From the IMG/VR virus record IMGVR_UViG_3300025087_000038, positions 63,008-127,007 of that record: 64,000 bases of DNA; one strand, written 5' to 3'. Of the stretch, positions 59,333 to 64,000 are shown piece after piece; the stretch's first letter is position 1, and each line of letters starts with the position of its first letter. The stretch comes from a virus. The translations under genes were made by a program, and so were the position numbers. The notes below the pieces were generated by a model. It searched no databases. It saw nothing but the letters and a program-made list of their open reading frames with translations, and was not told the origin of the DNA.

Positions 59333-60651
59333 GAAAACTAGTTATAGACTTTTATCATACAACGCATGGGCAAAAGGCTGAGTTTGTTCCAGGACAAACT
59401 CCTATCAGATACGCTGGAAGAGTCTTTGACGAAGAAGAACTAACAAACTTGGTTGATGCTTCGTTAGACTTTTGGTTAACAGAAGGAGAGTATTGTAAGG
59501 AGTTTGAAAAAAAGATTAACGAATTCTTAGGCACAGACTATTGTGCTTTATGTAACTCTGGGTCATCTGCAAACTTACTTGCTATTTCAGCGCTGACTTC
59601 ACCAAAGCTAAAGGCTAGAAGGCTGCAACCAGGCGATGAAGTAATAACTACAGCTTGTGCATTTCCTACTACTGTGTATCCAATATTGCAGAATAGGTTA
59701 GTTCCAGTTTTTGTAGATGTAAGATTAGGAACTTACAGTATTCAAGTAGAAAATATAGAACGAGCAATAACACTAAGAACTAAAGCAATATTTTTAGCCC
59801 ATACGTTAGGGAATCCATTTGATGTAAGTGAAGTAATGCGGGTAGCAAAAAAGTATCATTTGTGGGTTGTAGAAGATAATTGTGATGCTCTAGGTTCAAA
59901 GTATAAGGGACAGATGACTGGAACGTTTGGGGATATGGCAACACTAAGTTTTTATCCAGCACACCACATCACGACAGGGGAAGGCGGTGCGGTAGTAACA
60001 AACAGTAGAGAGTTAGATGAACTAGTTAGGTCATTCCGGGATTGGGGAAGAGATTGCAGTTGTAATACTGGACAAGATAACAAATGTGGAAAAAGGTTTC
60101 AAGGTCAACATGGTGGCCTACCTCTTGGGTATGATCACAAGTTTGTTTATTCACACATTGGTTACAATCTTAAGATGACTGACCTTCAAGCGGCAATTGG
60201 CGTAGCACAAATGAAAAAGTTGCCGGCTTTTGTAGAAAAGAGAAAAGAAAATTGGAGGGCACTGCGGAAGGTATTGGAAATCTATGAAGAATACTTTTAT
60301 TTCCCTTGTCCAACCGAAGATTCTGACCCAAGCTGGTTTGGATTTGTTTTAACGGTAAGGAATTCAAAAGGGGTATTAAAAAGTGATAGAACACCCGTAA
60401 GAGTTAGTTTTGAACGAACGGAGTTGGTAAGCTTCCTAGAAAAAAATAGGGTGGCAACAAGAATGCTTTTTGCTGGGAATATTACAAAACAACCTTGTTT
60501 TAAAGATTATCAGTTTGATGTAGATTTACCTATAACGGATTTGATAATGAACAATACTTTCTGGATAGGTGTTTATCCCGGTATAACAAAAGAAATGATT
60601 GACTACATTGGTGAAGTATTTGAACGGTTTATAGAGAAAGGAGAAAGATGA
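59311..60651 (+). CDS. rfbH: CDP-4-keto-6-deoxyglucose 3-dehydrase (E1)
   Basis: NSGSSANL, EDNCDALG, SFYPAHHITTGEGG (His in place of PLP Lys), RDWGRDC.C..G.DN.C. Confidence 0.93.
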   Translation: MDKREEIRKLVIDFYHTTHGQKAEFVPGQTPIRYAGRVFDEEELTNLVDASLDFWLTEGEYCKEFEKKINEFLGTDYCALCNSGSSANLLAISALTSPKLKARRLQPGDEVITTACAFPTTVYPILQNRLVPVFVDVRLGTYSIQVENIERAITLRTKAIFLAHTLGNPFDVSEVMRVAKKYHLWVVEDNCDALGSKYKGQMTGTFGDMATLSFYPAHHITTGEGGAVVTNSRELDELVRSFRDWGRDCSCNTGQDNKCGKRFQGQHGGLPLGYDHKFVYSHIGYNLKMTDLQAAIGVAQMKKLPAFVEKRKENWRALRKVLEIYEEYFYFPCPTEDSDPSWFGFVLTVRNSKGVLKSDRTPVRVSFERTELVSFLEKNRVATRMLFAGNITKQPCFKDYQFDVDLPITDLIMNNTFWIGVYPGITKEMIDYIGEVFERFIEKGER

Positions 60652-60818
60652 AAAAGGGGTGTAAGAAATGTGGGTTTGACCTCAATAGACCTTTAGGTAT
60701 TGCTTTAGAAGATAGTAAGGAAGGACAAACAATTAAAATGGAAGTAGATGAAAACGGATTAAGATTTATATTTGGCCATTAGTTAATTTGTCAAGATAAG
60801 TTACGAAAATCTAAAACT

Positions 60819-60828
60819 GTAGTATAAT
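60819..60828 (+). promoter_or_regulatory. GTAGTATAAT promoter motif
   Basis: recurrent motif. Confidence 0.65.
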
Positions 60829-60846
60829 AAAGGTAGAGAGGATAAA

Positions 60847-61293
60847 ATGATAGAAGGAGTAAGGGTTACCCCATTAAAACAAATCCTAGATGAACGTGGG
60901 AAGATAATGCATATGTTAAAATGCACTGATCCAGTTTTTAAGAAGTTTGGTGAGGTATATTTTTCCGTAGCAGAACAAGGCGTAGTAAAAGGTTGGCATA
61001 GGCATAAAGAGATGACTTTAAACTATGCTGTACCAGTAGGAAAGATAAAGTTAGTGGTATTTGACGATAGAGAAAATTCACTAACTAGAAATGATGTAAA
61101 CGAATTCTTTATTGGACCGGATAACTATTGTTTGGTAACTATTCCACCTTTAGTATGGAATGGTTGGAAAGGACTGTTTGACTTTAATCTTGTAGTAAAT
61201 TGTGCTACGTTACCCTATGACCCAAATGAAATTGAGTATTGTCATCCATATTTGAATGATTTTCCTTATGATTGGGATAGGGTTTATAGGTAG
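60847..61293 (+). CDS. RmlC-like cupin sugar epimerase
   Basis: DERG, FGEVYFS, KGWH.H, D.R..S.T, IPP.VW.G. Confidence 0.85.
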   Translation: MIEGVRVTPLKQILDERGKIMHMLKCTDPVFKKFGEVYFSVAEQGVVKGWHRHKEMTLNYAVPVGKIKLVVFDDRENSLTRNDVNEFFIGPDNYCLVTIPPLVWNGWKGLFDFNLVVNCATLPYDPNEIEYCHPYLNDFPYDWDRVYR

Positions 61294-61545
61294 GAGAGGA
61301 AATAAAATGAGTGGATTATATGCAGGAGTCAGAGTTGAAAACACTGTTGCTCGTTGTCCGAGATGTCGTCAGGCAGTATGTAATTGTTATGCGTTTCCGC
61401 ATGAGGGCGCAGATGACGTGATAGATGAGGAGAGAGGGGAGGACTGTAAAGATGGACAGTGATGAGTTGATTGAGTTAGTGGGAATGATAAAAGACCCTG
61501 TCGGTCCATAACTTCCACGGTGGTCAGTAAAGAAGGAGAAATGAA

Positions 61546-62040
61546 ATGGCTATTATTTTTATGATTATAGGTATTTTGTTTGTAGTAACTGTTTTATTAG
61601 TAATTTCTGCTTTTGCTATTTCAACTATAACGGAATCTATCAAGAGAAGAAAAGACTCAAATTTAAGAAGTAGATGGATTAGTTATATGGGACAAGTAAA
61701 TAGATATTGTGATTATGAATTTAGACAAATAGGTTTAATGGCAAGAGAGATAATAAAAGCACTGCACGATGATACGGAATTTGATGCTGATATATTCAGG
61801 GAATTTTTAAGGACAAAAGAAAAGGAAATCAGAAATGAGATAATTGAACCGCTTACATTGGATAAATTCAAAAAGGATGTTTCTAAAATAAGGGTAACCA
61901 TAGACCAATCATGGAAGGAATTTGGTAATCTTTATGGGGTAAGAATTTTTGAAGATACGACCCTATTTCCTGATACATGGTATATTGCAGTTAGTTCTAA
62001 CATTTATAAAAAAATCAAGGAGTCCCCTAATGCCACTTAA
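61546..62040 (+). CDS. membrane-anchored hypothetical protein
   Basis: N-terminal hydrophobic helix; AGGAG RBS. Confidence 0.5.
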   Translation: MAIIFMIIGILFVVTVLLVISAFAISTITESIKRRKDSNLRSRWISYMGQVNRYCDYEFRQIGLMAREIIKALHDDTEFDADIFREFLRTKEKEIRNEIIEPLTLDKFKKDVSKIRVTIDQSWKEFGNLYGVRIFEDTTLFPDTWYIAVSSNIYKKIKESPNAT

Positions 62041-62333
62041 CAATGATTTGGAAAATAAGTTTTGCGAAACGAGCGTGTGGGGTGATTGGCACTCTACAAA
62101 ATGTGGTAAGCCTGCAAAGATTGAAGTTAAAGGTAAGTATTATTGCGGCAGACATGACCCCATTAAGGGAGAAGAAAAACGAACGGCACAGCAGGTAAAA
62201 TGGAATAAGGAATATGCAGAGGATAGGGAGCGATTTCATAGGCAATTTTTAATGAGCCAGATTTTAGGCTCTAAAACTACCGCCGAATTAGAACAGATGG
62301 CTAAAGAAAAAGAGGATAAAAATGCCACTTAAC
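62029..62333 (+). repeat. 13-bp direct repeat AATGCCACTTAAC (62029-62041, 62321-62333) flanking ORF 62030-62332
   Basis: exact; both upstream ORFs end NAT*, both downstream ORFs start MPLN. Confidence 0.8.
62030..62332 (+). CDS. hypothetical zinc-finger-like protein (ORF track start 61949)
   Basis: C...C.K.A.......YC.RH; AGGAG RBS before ATG 62030. Confidence 0.55.
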   Translation: MPLNNDLENKFCETSVWGDWHSTKCGKPAKIEVKGKYYCGRHDPIKGEEKRTAQQVKWNKEYAEDRERFHRQFLMSQILGSKTTAELEQMAKEKEDKNAT

Positions 62334-63032
62334 GAAGCGACAGGGAATATGTATCCAAGGGAACTGGTCAGCCACACTTTCAATGCTATACGTGGAGAAT
62401 GTTATTATCGTAAGGAGTGCGGATATTGTTATGTGCCACACACCAGAGCGGCACGGTTTTACGAGGGGGCGCCGAGACTAATTGACAAAGAATTAAAAAC
62501 TAACTTATATAAATTCGGCAAAGGGATAAAAATATTCGTGGAAAGTATGGGTGACATGTGGCATGATAAAATCCCCGCAGGCTGGATTTATGGTGTCCTC
62601 TGTCATTGCAACGAATACCCTGATAATGAGTATCTGTTTCAGAGCAAAAATCCTAAACGGTTTTTAGAGTTTGCAAAAGAGTTTCCGCCTCATACCATGC
62701 TGGCGACTACGATTGAGGGGACTACTGATTTAGATACAGACCATATTCATTTTTACAGAGCATTTCATTTAGCGCGGATTAAGAAAAAAATAGGATGTAA
62801 AACTCTTGTTAGCGTTGAGCCAATCAAAAAATTTAATTTGATTTGCTTAGCAAGTAAAATTATTTATGTAGCCAAGCCTGACATCGTAACCATAGGCGCC
62901 GACTCCAAGAACCATGGACTTCCTGAACCGACTGTAAATGAAATTCAGGAATTGATTGACTGGCTGAAAAAGGAAGGATACAGGGTGATATTGAAAGAAA
63001 ATTTGAGGAGGATTATGAAAGGAGGGGGGTAA
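62322..63032 (+). CDS. DUF5131/Gp37Gp68-like radical-SAM-related protein
   Basis: G.C....C.YCY, IFV.SMGD, F.SKNP.R, TTIE, VS.EP, IGA. Confidence 0.7.
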   Translation: MPLNEATGNMYPRELVSHTFNAIRGECYYRKECGYCYVPHTRAARFYEGAPRLIDKELKTNLYKFGKGIKIFVESMGDMWHDKIPAGWIYGVLCHCNEYPDNEYLFQSKNPKRFLEFAKEFPPHTMLATTIEGTTDLDTDHIHFYRAFHLARIKKKIGCKTLVSVEPIKKFNLICLASKIIYVAKPDIVTIGADSKNHGLPEPTVNEIQELIDWLKKEGYRVILKENLRRIMKGGG

Positions 63033-63634
63033 TATGTATTTTTCTTATTCTTATGTCTGTAATCAATGTGGAGACCAAAGAGATTTAGCAACAAATGACG
63101 ATGATGGTGGTCGGTGTCATAGCTGCGATATTGGACAATACCGAAAATGCGGAGAAAGTTATGACCAAGAATATGTAGACCAAAAAAATATGAAGAACAG
63201 CAAGATAGGGAATATGAAGAGAGACATCGGTATGATTGATATAGAGCAATTCGCTGCAGACCCTTCTCGTTACATTTATGGTGATGATTGCAGAATAACA
63301 GTTGACAGTATTTTTGATGGAGAGTTTAACGGAGATTTGAAGTTGCTCTTGACTTGTTGTGAGGATAACGTAACATCCGAAGGGATAAACTATTATCAGA
63401 CGGTAGAGGATTATAAGCATAGTCGGGAAAAGGAGGAGTAGATGAAAAAGACAATATGGGTGATTATAGGTAGAAATTCTGAAGGGAAATGGAACATGGT
63501 TGAGGTTGGCGATAGTAATTACTATGTTCCTCGGGCTTTCTTTAGAAAAGAAGACGCAATTGCATGTTGCAGGACATATAATTCAGAAAAGGTGAATTTT
63601 TACAGTTACCGCAAGGCGACTGTGGAGTTGTGAG

Positions 63635-63889
63635 ATGATATGCTTACGCTGTGGTTGGTGCTGTAAAGGAATATCTCCTTTTGGAAATCCATGTCCCCAT
63701 TTAATTATGGATGAAGACATTGCTGTATGTGATATTTATGAGACCAGACCAGATATATGTTATAAGCACGATTTCCCTGCTTCTAAATGCCCCATTGGAT
63801 TGAAGCAATTAAACATTCAAGACAATGAGGATTTACAAATAAGGTATGGTAAACTACAGTTTCGAAAAATAGGAGGCACACATGGCTGA
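63635..63889 (+). CDS. YkgJ-family cysteine-cluster protein
   Basis: C.RCG.CC...CP.L......C.IYE.RP..C...P. Confidence 0.75.
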   Translation: MICLRCGWCCKGISPFGNPCPHLIMDEDIAVCDIYETRPDICYKHDFPASKCPIGLKQLNIQDNEDLQIRYGKLQFRKIGGTHG

Positions 63890-64000
63890 TATAACAAAAA
63901 AGAAAACGTTTTACCTTTGCAATGATAGAAAAGGGGTGCATTGTTTTTGTAAGAAACCAACGTATAATTCTTCCCATGATTTCTTTCAGGGCGAGAAAAT
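63882..64000 (+). CDS. second copy of the 50898 gene (partial, runs off window)
   Basis: MADITKK then KTFYLCNDRKGVH..., DNA identical to 50900-50998. Confidence 0.65.
   Translation, partial: MADITKKKTFYLCNDRKGVHCFCKKPTYNSSHDFFQGEK

Overview
This 64 kb window looks like part of a large, AT-rich bacteriophage genome. Essentially every credible gene is on the + strand, tightly packed, with Shine-Dalgarno sites and overlapping stop/start codons. No full-length virion structural genes are visible. The left part (0-24 kb) holds an RNA ligase, a 7-deazaguanine DNA-modification set (queE, queC, folE, a DpdA/TGT-like gene), a DNA methyltransferase, a dUTPase, a UDG-fused family A DNA polymerase, RuvC, RecA and SbcCD. 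The right part (24-64 kb) is a very large glycosylation island: about 10 glycosyltransferases plus GDP-, dTDP- and CDP-sugar enzymes. It is interleaved with RtcB, DeoC, NAD-salvage genes (PncA/PncB-like), radical SAM enzymes and many small ORFans. Four observations stand out. (1) The dUTPase is split by a 1102-nt endonuclease-carrying insertion whose two ends base-pair, whose precise removal restores a normal 140-aa dUTPase, and which has no recognisable group I/II core. (2) Three tandem copies of a covarying structured-RNA motif, plus a tRNA-like element, lie upstream of a TerD-like-domain gene. (3) Many accessory genes are flanked by site-specific 13-25 bp direct repeats of the RBS/stop/start junction, suggesting a recurrent gene-insertion mechanism. 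(4) There are miniature derivatives of a class II ribonucleotide reductase and of a major capsid protein. All functional calls come from motif recognition by eye; no database searches were run.
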